In this document: positions 40,662 through 51,465 of the stretch, piece by piece | How the letters are laid out: each line of letters starts with the position of its first letter | Position numbering within the stretch: the first letter of the stretch is position 1 | Assembly (NCBI GenBank): GCA_963666055.2 | Contig: CAXWPH010000010.1 | Location: 1 to 64,000 of the forward strand | DNA length: 64,000 nucleotides | Source: Acidobacteriota bacterium | GTDB lineage: Bacteria; Acidobacteriota; UBA890; WLXD01 | Direction: 5' to 3' | Program-made: the position numbers and the translations under genes | Notes under the pieces: generated by a model | The model's input: only the letters and a program-made list of their open reading frames with translations | What the model was told of the DNA's origin: nothing | Databases searched by the model: none

Positions 40662-41969
40662 TCATCGAGCTCGTCTGGACACTCCAGCCCTCCATTCCTT
40701 CCACCGCGACCACCGCTTTCTCCTTGATGACGACGGTTTGATCGACACGTCGCCACCGCCCTTCAACTCCATCACCGCATCGAGCACGTTCTGCGCCACG
40801 GCTCTGAAGATCTTGGTGACTTCGCTGTCGGGGTGCTCGACAACGTAGGGTGTGCCTGCATCGCCCGCAATGGCAATCTGCGGATCGAGCGGCAGCGCGC
40901 CCAGGAACGGCACGCCGAGCTCCTCTGCCGTTCGCCGCCCGCCATCAGTGCTGAACACGTGCGTGCGATGCCCGCACTCCGGACACGTGAAGACCGACAT
41001 GTTCTCCACCAGCCCGAGCACCGGCACATCGACTTCCTGGAACATGCGGAGCCCTTTGCGGGCGTCGATCAACGCCACATCCTGCGGCGTGGTGACAATC
41101 ACGGCGCCATCGAGTGGCGCCGATTGAGTCAACGTGAGCTGCACATCGCCGGTGCCCGGAGGCAGGTCGATTACCAGCACCTCAGCGCCGCGCCAATCGA
41201 CGTCGCGGAGGAACTGCCGTACCGCCTTCGTCACGATTGGCCCGCGCCAGATCACCGGATCGCCTTCGGGCTGCAGGAAACCGAGCGACATGAGCTTCAT
41301 ACCGAACTTGTCGACCGGCACCATCACCCGCTTGCCGTCGAGATCGATGATCTTCGGCTGCTCATGGGTGCCCAGCATGGTGGGTACCGAGGGACCGTAA
41401 ATATCTGCATCCATCAGGCCGACGTGCTGGCCGAGCTGCGCCAGGGCGGCCGAGAGATTCACCGCCACGGTTGACTTTCCCACGCCTCCCTTTCCCGAGG
41501 CCACCGCCACCACGTGCTTCACCCCACCGATCGGGGTGCGGTCGTACAGCGCCGCCGGTCGGCCAGGGGCTGGGGGCCCGGTACCAGGCGCCGGCGGTCT
41601 GCCGGTCGCAGGACCTGCCGGTGCGCCGGCCGCACCGCCGAGGCCGGGGCTGGCTGCACCGCCAGGTGACCGGCCAGGCTGCGGCGCCGAAACGCCCTTC
41701 GACTCGGGAGCCGCGATCTCGAGGCTGACGCTGTCGACCCCGTCGAGCGCCATCACCGCGTCGTGCGATGCGCGTGCGATCTGCTGCTGATGTTCCGGCG
41801 AGCCGATTGGGATATTGAGACGGACAGTCACCCCGCCACCGTCGATTCGCACTGCCTCGACAAAGCCGAACGACACGATGTCGCGCGACAGGCCCGGGAA
41901 CTGCACGGTGGTCAGAGCTTCTCGAATACGTTCTTCGCTGAGAGCCAATTTGCGAGACTCCTCGTCCAT
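40662..41969 (-). CDS. apbC: Mrp/NBP35 iron-sulfur cluster carrier ATPase
   Basis: VASGKGGVGKST, DADIYGPS, WRGP, DLPPGTGD, ENMS..CPEC. Confidence 0.95.
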   Translation of the reverse strand: MDEESRKLALSEERIREALTTVQFPGLSRDIVSFGFVEAVRIDGGGVTVRLNIPIGSPEHQQQIARASHDAVMALDGVDSVSLEIAAPESKGVSAPQPGRSPGGAASPGLGGAAGAPAGPATGRPPAPGTGPPAPGRPAALYDRTPIGGVKHVVAVASGKGGVGKSTVAVNLSAALAQLGQHVGLMDADIYGPSVPTMLGTHEQPKIIDLDGKRVMVPVDKFGMKLMSLGFLQPEGDPVIWRGPIVTKAVRQFLRDVDWRGAEVLVIDLPPGTGDVQLTLTQSAPLDGAVIVTTPQDVALIDARKGLRMFQEVDVPVLGLVENMSVFTCPECGHRTHVFSTDGGRRTAEELGVPFLGALPLDPQIAIAGDAGTPYVVEHPDSEVTKIFRAVAQNVLDAVMELKGGGDVSIKPSSSRRKRWSRWKEWRAGVSRRAR

Positions 41970-42242
41970 CCGTTTCAATGTCAACCTGTCCTGCGTCCCA
42001 CAGATCGACTCTCTTTCGACGAGCGCGCGGAACGTTCTAACGAAGATAGCGCGATTGCCCGGTTCCGGTATACCAGCGGCCTCGATGATTCAAGCCAAGG
42101 GACGGAAGCCAAGTATCATACGATAGCCACATTGATCTTTTTGGGGAGTCTCTTTGGCGTCGGGATGCTACCGCTGAAGGAATTGTTTCAGTTTGCCGTC
42201 GACAATAGGGTGGCCATCTTCGAAGCAAGTGGCAGATCAGCG

Positions 42243-43274
42243 ATGAAGGTAACCTCCAGCGGCCGAACCCTTGGCGTGCGCGACCGGTTGGACAGGCCGA
42301 TGCGCGACCTGCGAATCTCGATCACCGACCGCTGCAACTTCCGCTGTCGCTATTGCATGCCCAGGGAGGTCTTCGGCGAGGGCTACCAGTTCCTGCCGCG
42401 CGAGGAGATCCTCAGCTTCGAGGAGATCACTCGCCTGGTCCACATCTTCCGCGGACTAGGCGTCCGCAAGGTGCGCCTCACGGGCGGGGAGCCACTTCTG
42501 CGCAGCGAGCTGCCAAAGCTCATTGGCATGCTGGCTGAGATCCCTGGCCTGGAGATCGCCATGACCACAAACGGCTCACTGCTGGCGCAGCAGGCGCAGG
42601 CGCTGGCAGAGGCCGGGCCTGTGCGCCTCACGGTGAGCATCGACTCGCTGGACGAAGCCGTTTTCCAAGCGATGAACGACGCAGACTTCCCTGTCTCGCG
42701 CGTGCTAGAGGGCATCGAGGCGGCCACCGCCGCGGGGCTGGGACCGCTAAAGGTCAACGCGGTCGTACGCCGCGGAGTCAACGACCACACGGTAGTGGGA
42801 CTGGCGCGGTACTTCCAGGGCAGCGGCCACATCCTGAGGTTCATCGAGTACATGGATGTTGGCAGCACCAACGGCTGGCGCATGGAGGAGGTGGTTCCCG
42901 GCGCCGAGATCATCGAGCGCATCAGTGCCGAGATGCCCCTGGAGCCGCTGGATCCGAATTACCGTGGCGAGGTAGCGAAGCGGTGGCGGCACGCTGACGG
43001 AGATGGCGAGATCGGCGTGATCACCTCCGTGACGCAGCCGTTCTGTGTTGATTGCACGCGCGCCCGGCTGTCAGCGGCGGGCGAACTCTACACTTGCCTA
43101 TTCGCTGCTGCCGGCACCGACCTTCGAACTCCGCTGCGGGACGGAACCAACGAGGAAGAGATCGGCGAACGGCTGCGCCGGCTATGGGGTGTACGCGAAG
43201 ACCGATACTCAGAGATGCGTTCCGAGGAGACGAGGGATCTTCAGCGGATCGAAATGTCCTATATCGGCGGGTAG
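42243..43274 (+). CDS. moaA: GTP 3',8-cyclase MoaA
   Basis: LRISITDRCNFRCRYCMP, TGGEP, FCVDCTRARLS..LYTCLF, MSYIGG*. Confidence 0.97.
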   Translation: MKVTSSGRTLGVRDRLDRPMRDLRISITDRCNFRCRYCMPREVFGEGYQFLPREEILSFEEITRLVHIFRGLGVRKVRLTGGEPLLRSELPKLIGMLAEIPGLEIAMTTNGSLLAQQAQALAEAGPVRLTVSIDSLDEAVFQAMNDADFPVSRVLEGIEAATAAGLGPLKVNAVVRRGVNDHTVVGLARYFQGSGHILRFIEYMDVGSTNGWRMEEVVPGAEIIERISAEMPLEPLDPNYRGEVAKRWRHADGDGEIGVITSVTQPFCVDCTRARLSAAGELYTCLFAAAGTDLRTPLRDGTNEEEIGERLRRLWGVREDRYSEMRSEETRDLQRIEMSYIGG

Positions 43275-43341
43275 TGGTCATGGGACCCATGATTACGGTG
43301 CGCTCATCTCGCCCGCTCTGCCGATAGGCTTTAGGTGCCGA

Positions 43342-45013
43342 TTACTCCAGTTCGAGATCGGCAACAGCGCCGCGATCGGCGCTGGAAACCAGCCGCGCGT
43401 ACTTGGCGAGAACGCCGCGCGAATAACGGGGAGCCGGCGGCTCCCAGGCGGTGCGGCGGCGCCGCAGCTCCTCCTCGTCGACCTCCAGTTGGAGCTTCCG
43501 CGCCGGCGCATCGATCGTGACCGTGTCGCCTTCGTGCACCAGCGCGATCGGCTCGCCGACGGCTGCCTCCGGCACGACGTGGCCGACCACCATGCCATAG
43601 GTGCCACCGCTGAATCGTCCATCCGTGATGAGCCCGACCGAATCTCCGAGCCCGGCACCGATGAGGGCGCTCGTTGGAGCCAGCATCTCGCGCATGCCGG
43701 GTCCACCGCGGGGGCCTTCGTAGCGAACCACGACGATGTCGCCAGCGCCGATCTCACCGGCGAGGATCGCGCTCAAGCTGTCCTCCTCGCAATCGAACAC
43801 CCGCGCCGGACCCGATAAGCGCGGGTTCTTGACGCCCGAGAGCTTCGCCACGCTGCCGCCCGGCGCCAGGTTGCCACGAAGGATCGCCAGGTGGCCGGTC
43901 GGGTAAAGGGGTTGGCCCCACGGTCGGATCACGTCCTGGTTGGAGGGTGGCACCGGCGGGACCTCTGCCAGACTCTCGGAGATGGTTGCACCCGTCACCG
44001 TGCGGCAGTCTCCATCGAGGACACCGTGCTCGAGCAGCACCTTCATGACCTGAGGCACGCCGCCGGCACGATGGAAGTCGACCGTCACATACCGACCACT
44101 GGGCTTCAGGTCGCACAGGACGGGCACCCGAGCACCGACCAGCTCGAAGTCGTCGAGGCTGAGCTCCACGCCCGTCGAATGGGCGATGGCGGGCAGGTGC
44201 AGCACCGCGTTCGTCGAACCCCCGATCGCTATGGTGACGGCCACGGCGTTCAGGAGCGCCTGGCGCGTCACGATGTCTCGCGGCAGCCGATCGGCTGCGA
44301 TGCAGTCGGCGAGGACGCGAGCCGACTCGGCCGCGCTCTCGGCCTTCTCCGCGTCCTCCGTGGCCATGGTGGACGAGTACGGGAGGCTCATCCCCATCGC
44401 CTCGATGGCGCTCGACATGGTGTTGGCTGTGAACATCCCACCACACGAGCCTGCGCCGGGGCAGGCGTTGCGCTCGATCGCCGCGAGTTCCTCGTCCGTT
44501 ATTCTGCCGGCGGCGTGCTCTCCAACCGCCTCGAACGCGCTTACCACCGTCAGGTCGCGGCCTGCGTGGTGACCTGGCTTGATGGTGCCTCCGTAGACGA
44601 ACACCGCGGGAATGTTCAGGCGCCCGATGGCCATCATGGCACCGGGCATGTTCTTGTCACACCCGCCCAGGGCGAGAACGCCGTCGAAGCTCTGGCCGTT
44701 GCATACGGTCTCGATGGAATCGGCGATGACCTCGCGCGAAACCAGCGAGTATTTCATCCCCTCGGTGCCCATCGAGATGCCGTCGGCCACGGTGATCGTC
44801 CCGAACTCGAGAGCGCGAGCGCCCGCCTCGTGTAGCGCGCTCCGAGAGCGCGCCGAGACCTATGTTGCACGGCGTCAGGTTCGAGTGGTCGTTAGCGATA
44901 CCGACGATCGGCTTGTCGAAGTCCTCGTCCTCGAATCCGACCGCACGGAGCATCGCCCGATTGGGAGCGCGCTGCACTCCTTCCGTCACGGCACTGCTAC
45001 GTCGTTTCCTCAA
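43342..45013 (-). pseudogene. ilvD: Dihydroxy-acid dehydratase with a frameshift near 44835
   Basis: [13 protein letters not shown] in one frame; [46 protein letters not shown] in another. Confidence 0.85.
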
Positions 45014-45029
45014 TGTTACCTAAGCTTAA

Positions 45030-46198
45030 GGAACCTCTGATCAATTCGGGTTCGATGGGATAATGCACGCGGATCCGATCACGCCGCCAGAGGGAGAAGG
45101 GAATGCGCCAGCAGACGCTTGCCGAAGGGTCCTTTGAGCAGTACCGGAAGGTGACCCGCCGGGAGCGGTTCCTGGCAGAGATGGATCAGGTGGTGCCGTG
45201 GGCCCAGCTGTGCGCTTTGATCGAGCCGGTGTATCCGAAGCCGAAGGGAGCGGGACGGCGCCCAGTCGGGCTGGAGAGGATGCTGCGCATCTACTTCATG
45301 CAGCAGTGGTTCAACCTGTCGGACCCGGGGGTGGAGGAGGCGCTGTACGACTCGCGGGCGATGCGTGCCTTCGTGGGGATCGATCTGGGACGGGAGCCGG
45401 CGCCGGACGAGACGACGGTGTGCAAGTTCCGGCACCTTCTGGAGACCCACGAGCTGGGCGTGCAGGTGTTCCACATCGTTGCCGAGCACCTGCAGGGGCG
45501 GGGGCTGAAGGTCAGCACGGGCACCATCGTCGACGCGACGATCATCACCGCCCCGTCATCGACCAAGAACAAGGCCAAGCAGCGGGATCCGGAGATGCGC
45601 TCGACCAAGAAGGGCAACCAATGGTACTTCGGGATGAAGGGACACTTCGGTGTGGACAGCAAATCCAAGCTCATTCACTCGGTCGTGGCCACCGCCGCCA
45701 ATGTCCATGACAGCCAGGTGCTAGAGGATCTGCTGCATGGGCAGGAGACGCGGGTGTGGGGAGACAGCGCTTATACGGGCCGACGGGAGGTCATTGTCCG
45801 GTGTGCTCCCGGTGCCAAGGACTTCACCAACAAGAAAGGGCACCGTCACCGGCCACTGACCGAGCGAGACCGAGCTCGAAACCGCACCAAGTCGAAGGTG
45901 CGGGCCAAAGTCGAGCACCCGATGCTGGTGATCAAGCGCATCTTCGGCTTCAGAAAGGTCCGATACCGAGGGCTCCACAAGAACGCGCACCGGCTCTTCG
46001 TGACCTGCGCGTTGGCCAACCTATTCATGGCACGCAAGGTGCTGCTCGCGCAAACCTGAAACAGGCACCCTGAGAGGCCGCCGTCGCGGTTGAACCCGTC
46101 GGCAGCAGCTCGGAGGGCGACTGCATTCCCACCCTTATGCCGACCAGTTCCTCCAATCAGGCTCCATCCTGACTGACGGCCAATTGATCAGACCTTCC
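45030..46198 (+). mobile_element. IS5-family element with an intact transposase (45103-46059)
   Basis: IRs GGAACCTCTGATCAATT / AATTGATCAGACCTTCC; flanks TTAA and CTAA; VDAT, KKGNQWYFGMK, GDSAY, RAKVEHP. Confidence 0.92.
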
Positions 46199-46643
46199 CT
46201 AACTAGAAAAAAAAAGACATAACTAGTATTCGATTGCGCTCGCCGGGCGTTCATCCTTGCCGACCCATGTAGCCAACGCAATGGAAGCGAATCGCACACC
46301 GGCCGGCCACACGGCCAGCCCTGGCGTGCAAGCGGCCAACACGGACATGCCGTCGGTGGCATGCTCGCGGCCAAGGCTGCTCGAGTCTGTCGGGGACCCA
46401 CCGAAGAACTATGCGCCGGAGGACTTTCAGCCGTTACCCCGGGATCATCCCGAGGTTGTGGAGGTGCTTCGGTGGCTTTGGCCGATTCGGATCACGAAGC
46501 CACGTTGACGACGATCTTCCCCTTGTGGCGTGCTTCTCCGAACCGCCGGTTCGCACAACGACATCCTGGCGCTCGTGATCCGCTAAGGGATGACGCTGAC
46601 CGGGATCGCCGTTCTGATCGGCGTGCTGGGTGCGACTGAGTTT

Positions 46644-47207
46644 TCAGGCGGTATCCGCGCTACCCGGCCCTAACCGCTGAGCCACGCTCCGAGCAGCGAC
46701 GAAGGCCGCCACGGAACGATCGATATCCTCGCGTGTGGTAGCCCAAGAGCACACGCTCACGCGAATCACCGCTCGCCCTTGCCATTTGGACCCGCCACAC
46801 CAGCACTCCCCCGACGCCTGAACACCCTCCAGGGTGGCTCCCGTCTCCTGGTCGTCCGTCCCGGACGCGAGAACCTGGTTGAAGACGACGTCGTTGTGTA
46901 TCTGAAATCCCTCATCGGCCAAGCGCTGAGCGAAGTATTGCGCGTTCGCGCACAGCTGCTCTACCAAACGGGCGACGCCGCTCCGGCCCAGCGTCTTCAG
47001 GATGGCCCACAGCTCGATAGCACGAGCCCGTTGGGACATTGAGGGGGTGTACTTCATCGGGTCGCGGTGCGAGCTCCACTGAAAATACGCCGCCGTCGCA
47101 TGGAAGGCGGCGATGACGGGGCGGTCGTCCAACGCTCGGATGTACTGCTCCGAGTAGGCTCGAGCCTGGTCGAGGAGCTCCAGGTGTTCGTCGGCGGTCA
47201 GGCTCAC
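46644..47207 (-). pseudogene. Pyridoxal-dependent decarboxylase with a large internal deletion
   Basis: N-terminal YIRALDDRPV fused directly to C-terminal SQRARAIELWA..VFNQV..WQGRAVIRVSVCSW. Confidence 0.75.
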
Positions 47208-47407
47208 TTATCCATCCTTCGTGTCGCTTGTCGACGGTTCGAGTGCGCGGTGGTCGAGCCCTAGCCGGCTGATGGGAAGCGATATGTGAGGACATCTAAG
47301 CCCTATTGGCTCTCACTTGCCAGCCGCAACACGGCCACCACGCCGACCGGCGCGAGCAGCCCGAGGTCACCCTGGCTTCGTGCTCCACGCGTGCGTATCC
47401 TGCCGCC

Positions 47408-48436
47408 ATGACGCTGCAAGGAAGGGTCGCGCTCGTCGCCGGCGCCACGCGTGGAGCGGGCCGCGGCATCGCCCGGGCGCTCGGGGAGGCCGGTGCAACC
47501 GTGTACTGCACGGGCCGCAGCAGCCACGAGGGAACGGTGGATCCCAAGCGACCCGAGACCATCGAAGAGACCGCCGAGCAGGTCACCGCCGCCGGCGGGA
47601 CGGGGATCGCCGTTCGCGTCGATCACACCGAGGAGGGCGCGGTGGCGCAACTGTTCGAGCGGGTGCGCGCCGACCACGGCAAGCTCGACATCCTCATCAA
47701 CGACATCTGGGGCGGCGACCCCCTCACCGAGTGGGGCAAGACGTTCTGGGAGGTCGACGTGCAGCAAGGCTTCACGATGATGGAGCGCGCCGTTCACACG
47801 CACATCATCACGAGCCGCCACGGCGTCCCGCTCATGCTCGACGGCGACGGCGGGCTCATCGTCGAGCTCACCGACGGGGCCTTCTACGGCTACCGCGGAC
47901 AGCTCTTCTACGACCTTTGCAAGATGTCCGTCATCCGACTTGCGTACGCGATGTCCGTGGAGCTCGCCGACCACCCGATAACCGCCGTCGCCGTGACCCC
48001 GGGCTTCCTGCGCTCCGAGGCCGTGCTCGATCACTTCGGAGTCAGCGGGGAGAACTGGCGCGACGCGGTCGAAAAGGACCCCCACTTCGCACTCTCCGAG
48101 ACGCCGCTGCTCGTCGGGCGCGTGATCGCCGCGCTCGCGACGGACCCCGACGTGCACCGCCGCGCCGGCCAGGTGCTCACCTGCTGGGACCTCGCCCGGC
48201 ACTACGACGTCAAGGACGCCGATGGCAGGCAGCCTCATTGGGACGAGTACCTCGACGCCGCCGTCGACGAGATCATCGACCGTGCTTCGCCGAGCCCGGA
48301 GGACATCTTCCTGCTGACGGTGCGCAAGCCCCAGCTCGACTTCGACGATGCCCGCGCCGCGCAACGCGCCCGTATCGAGACGTTCCTGAAGCGGCACGGC
48401 GGCCCGGTCCGTCTCGATCCCGACGCGCTCGACTGA
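47408..48436 (+). CDS. SDR-family oxidoreductase
   Basis: VALVAGATRGAGRG, DILINDIWG, YDLCK, TPGFLRSE. Confidence 0.9.
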   Translation: MTLQGRVALVAGATRGAGRGIARALGEAGATVYCTGRSSHEGTVDPKRPETIEETAEQVTAAGGTGIAVRVDHTEEGAVAQLFERVRADHGKLDILINDIWGGDPLTEWGKTFWEVDVQQGFTMMERAVHTHIITSRHGVPLMLDGDGGLIVELTDGAFYGYRGQLFYDLCKMSVIRLAYAMSVELADHPITAVAVTPGFLRSEAVLDHFGVSGENWRDAVEKDPHFALSETPLLVGRVIAALATDPDVHRRAGQVLTCWDLARHYDVKDADGRQPHWDEYLDAAVDEIIDRASPSPEDIFLLTVRKPQLDFDDARAAQRARIETFLKRHGGPVRLDPDALD

Positions 48437-48509
48437 GCTGTCCGCAATCTCCGCTTCCCAACGGTCAAGCGACTCCATCCCGAGGACGGCGGAACACGGC
48501 AAGCGTTGC

Positions 48510-49106
48510 TTAGCCACCCCCATAACGATGCATTGCCTCGAGGTAAGGAAGCGCAGACAGTGTTTTCGCATCAACGCATGCGCCTCGAAACGAGCGCACG
48601 AAGAGTGCGACGAGAGCCCTGACCAAGAGATTGTCCGTGCGGGTGAAGAACAGGAATGCCGCGGTTCCTCCAGGCTCTAGATGTTCGAGAGCACCCCTGA
48701 CGGTGCTTTCGGGATGTTCAAGGTGGGACAGAAGCCAGGTGCAAACGATGAAGCCGAATGATCCACCGAGGCCCGAAAGATCGGTTGAATCCCCGAGCTG
48801 CAGGGTGATGCGGTCGTCGTCTCGCGCTGCCACTCGCGCGCGATCGAGCATCGCCGAGCTGACGTCGATTCCCAGGTAGGAATGAAAGTTCGCACAACGA
48901 CGGAACAGACGTTCGATGTTGATTCCGGTCCCGGGAGCGAGCTCGAGCACTCGTGTTGCTGCGCCAATACGCTCTCCGAAAAGCGAATCGAGCTGGACCT
49001 CCGCATCTCGGCTGCTCCAGAGGGGTCGGATCGCATCGTAGATGCATGCGACACATCCGTAGAGAAAGCGGGCCCACCTGGGCTCCCAGCCGCCGTTCGG
49101 AATCAC
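48510..49106 (-). CDS. Class I SAM-dependent methyltransferase (probable cassette, may be 3'-truncated)
   Basis: VLELAPGTG, GIDVSSAML, LEPGG. Confidence 0.75.
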   Translation of the reverse strand: MIPNGGWEPRWARFLYGCVACIYDAIRPLWSSRDAEVQLDSLFGERIGAATRVLELAPGTGINIERLFRRCANFHSYLGIDVSSAMLDRARVAARDDDRITLQLGDSTDLSGLGGSFGFIVCTWLLSHLEHPESTVRGALEHLEPGGTAAFLFFTRTDNLLVRALVALFVRSFRGACVDAKTLSALPYLEAMHRYGGG

Positions 49107-49156
49107 TGCGTCGACTCTCTGGACACTCCCGACATTCGCTCAGTATCCGTCGCGAC

Positions 49157-49185
49157 GTCTACCCTTGCTGCGCTTCAGCTGCGAG
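49157..49185 (-). other. attC-like 3' half (L' box and degenerate R' GGTAGAC)
   Basis: CGCAGCTGAAGCGCAGCAAGGGTAGAC. Confidence 0.5.
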
Positions 49186-49211
49186 CTGCGCCGAGACGAC
49201 TCACCATGGCT

Positions 49212-49586
49212 CTAGAGCTCGTACCTGAGCTCGTACCTGTGTCCGTTCGCATCCTGGGAGATGGCCATGGAGCCGGCAATTGTCGCCAAATCGCCGCTGC
49301 CTGACCCTGGAAGAATGGTGACCTCTAGCGACTGAGTGTCCTTGTTCATACGACCCTGGTGGACAAGGGTGAAGGCACCGCTTACCCCTTCAACTGAGCC
49401 GGAGAACTCCTCAATTGCGTAATAAGCAGCCGTCCCGTTGTCCGTCCTCTTGCTGATCATCTGACCGATGCTGGAACCGGTCATGTCTCCTTGGTAGCTC
49501 TTGTTCAGGATCATCCGCCCAGCAGGCGCGCAAGCATCTGCTTGCGGTTCCAGGTCTACTTCGAAGACACCCTTTGCGGACACCAC
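49212..49586 (-). CDS. DUF3224-family protein (probable cassette)
   Basis: AKGVFEV, GQMIS, AAYYAIEEFSGSVEG, GSGSGDLATIAGSM. Confidence 0.75.
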   Translation of the reverse strand: MVSAKGVFEVDLEPQADACAPAGRMILNKSYQGDMTGSSIGQMISKRTDNGTAAYYAIEEFSGSVEGVSGAFTLVHQGRMNKDTQSLEVTILPGSGSGDLATIAGSMAISQDANGHRYELRYEL

Positions 49587-49644
49587 TTCCCCTCCCTCGA
49601 GTGCGTTATGCCGGCGTTTTCCGATCGCAGCACCAGCCGGCCAG

Positions 49645-49674
49645 GCCGCGGTCAGATGCTAGCGCTTGTTGGGC
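49645..49674 (-). other. attC-like 5' half (R'' GCCCAAC and L'' box)
   Basis: GCCCAACAAGCGCTAGCATCTGACCGCGG just after the VOC stop. Confidence 0.55.
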
Positions 49675-49683
49675 CGCGCGTGA

Positions 49684-50085
49684 TCAGCCGGTGAAGATCG
49701 AGTCGCGGCTGACAAAGCAGAGGCCGTTGCCGAACGGGTCGGCGACATAGAAGGACTCCTCGCCCCATGGACGCGTGGCGATCTCTCCGAGAGGGCCGAC
49801 TCCCGGTGGAGCGCCTTCCGAGAACCGGGCCCCCGCCTGTCGACAGGCATCGTACGTCGCGTTGAGATCCGATACCGCGAGGTAGAGGGGCTCAGAGTTC
49901 GGCTTCGCTGCGTAGCCATCGCCGTCCGCTCGGGAATCGAAGCAGGCAAGGATTGTTCCCTCGCAGTCGAAGTAGTGGCGACCTGGCGAGACCCGCTCGC
50001 CCGGAACTCCGAGAACCGACTCATAGAAACGACTGGCAGCCTCGATATCGGAAACGGGGACGAGGACTCGGTAAAGCCGTGCCAT
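49684..50085 (-). CDS. VOC/glyoxalase family protein (probable cassette)
   Basis: VSDIEAASRFYE..RPWGEESFYVADPFGNGLCF; GAGGAG RBS. Confidence 0.85.
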   Translation of the reverse strand: MARLYRVLVPVSDIEAASRFYESVLGVPGERVSPGRHYFDCEGTILACFDSRADGDGYAAKPNSEPLYLAVSDLNATYDACRQAGARFSEGAPPGVGPLGEIATRPWGEESFYVADPFGNGLCFVSRDSIFTG

Positions 50086-50132
50086 TCGGTCTATCTCCTC
50101 TCCGACGTGTTTCAGTTGGACCGACCGATTCG

Positions 50133-50350
50133 TCAGTCGGAGTGCTTCCCGTAGGCGCTGAGCGTGGCCAAGCCGTGCAGGAGGACGCCTAGCACGACGG
50201 CCCCGATCAACCCGCTACGGGGCAGCGCGGGGGCCGATAATCTCACGACGGCGACACTCAGAGGCAGGTTCAGTAGTAGACCAGTCGCAGTACCAGGCGA
50301 ATAGCTACCCACGGCTACCGTGGCAACCGCGTGCAATACCGCATTGAGAC
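50133..50350 (-). pseudogene. HXXEE-domain-like membrane protein C-terminal fragment
   Basis: NAVLHAVATVAVGSYSPGTATGLLLNLPL. Confidence 0.55.
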
Positions 50351-50389
50351 CTATGGCCTACCGTCGATGGTGTGCTCGCAGCTAAGGCT

Positions 50390-50750
50390 GCAGAGCCTAT
50401 CGGCCGGGCTCTCTGAATTCCCCTACCAGCGTTCAGGACATGGGTCTAGATCATCGTCGTCTTGAGATGACGGTGTCCGAGCAGTTCCTGGACGGTGCGG
50501 ATGTCGTAGCCAGCCTGCAGCAGATGCGTGGCGAAGGAATGCCTGAGGGGGTGGCAGCTGGCTTTCTTGACGATTCCGGAACCTACGACAGCCTTGCGCA
50601 TCGCTCGCTGAATCACCGATTCGTGTAGATGATGACGGCGACGCTGTCCGATAACGCGGTCGGTGTAGGTTCGCGTTGCGGCGAAGACCCACTGCCATTC
50701 CCATTCTCGACTCGCGCCAGGCATCTTGGCGGAAAGGTGCCCCATACCAT
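50390..50750 (-). pseudogene. intI: Integron integrase C-terminal fragment
   Basis: IntI-specific patch [60 protein letters not shown] (catalytic Tyr codon is TAG). Confidence 0.9.
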
Positions 50751-50813
50751 AGGACGTACGTTCAGCAGGCGCAGGCCAGATCCCTCGGATCACCCCACGT
50801 CGAGTCGAGGCGC

Positions 50814-51170
50814 TCAGCCGCCGTACGGCAGCGACAGCACGAGACGGAGGCCTGCATCGATTTCTGCTAGAACGGCGTCGGACAGTCTGCCCACGCGCTC
50901 GGTCAAGAACCGTCGATCGACGGTCAGGATCTGGGCAACGTTGACGACGGATGGCTTCGCGAGCCTCACCTGACGAGCCGTCAGGCGGACGTTGCCCGGA
51001 GCGTCGCTCAGACTGAGGTTCGAGGTGATCGCCGCGACGACCACTGTGCGGATGCTGCTTCGGTTGTACGCCTCCGACTGTACGACGAGGACGGGACGCC
51101 GAGAGCCAGGACCGGAACCGCGTGGATCTCCCAGGCTCGCCCACCAGATCTCGCCCCGGCGGATCACCAT
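50814..51170 (-). CDS. mazF: MazF/PemK-family toxin
   Basis: [43 protein letters not shown]. Confidence 0.9.
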   Translation of the reverse strand: MVIRRGEIWWASLGDPRGSGPGSRRPVLVVQSEAYNRSSIRTVVVAAITSNLSLSDAPGNVRLTARQVRLAKPSVVNVAQILTVDRRFLTERVGRLSDAVLAEIDAGLRLVLSLPYGG

Positions 51171-51406
51171 TCCTCATCAGGCAGGCTAAAGCGCTGCAGC
51201 TCGGCAAGGACGGGATCGAGTGGTGACCCGTCGGGATGGTCGGCGTAAACGGCGTCGAGTGCCTCGGTGACGGAACGGACATCGTGCTCGTCGAGGAACT
51301 CGCGCAGCGCTCTCCGGTACAGCTCACTACGACTCATGCCCAGGCGCTCCGCCGCCTGCTCGGCGGCGGCAAACAGCTCATCGGGGATGGAGATCGCCGT
51401 TTTCAT
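51164..51406 (-). CDS. Ribbon-helix-helix antitoxin
   Basis: [25 protein letters not shown]; overlaps the toxin start. Confidence 0.85.
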   Translation of the reverse strand: MKTAISIPDELFAAAEQAAERLGMSRSELYRRALREFLDEHDVRSVTEALDAVYADHPDGSPLDPVLAELQRFSLPDEEW

Positions 51407-51465
51407 GCATGTGAGTATAACTATAGTTATACCGACGATCCAGACCTGAACCGGTGGTGCGCCGC

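Noticed and set aside
41763-42242. 160 aa N-terminal extension on MoaA
   Set aside because: Overlaps the divergent apbC; homology starts near ATG 42243.
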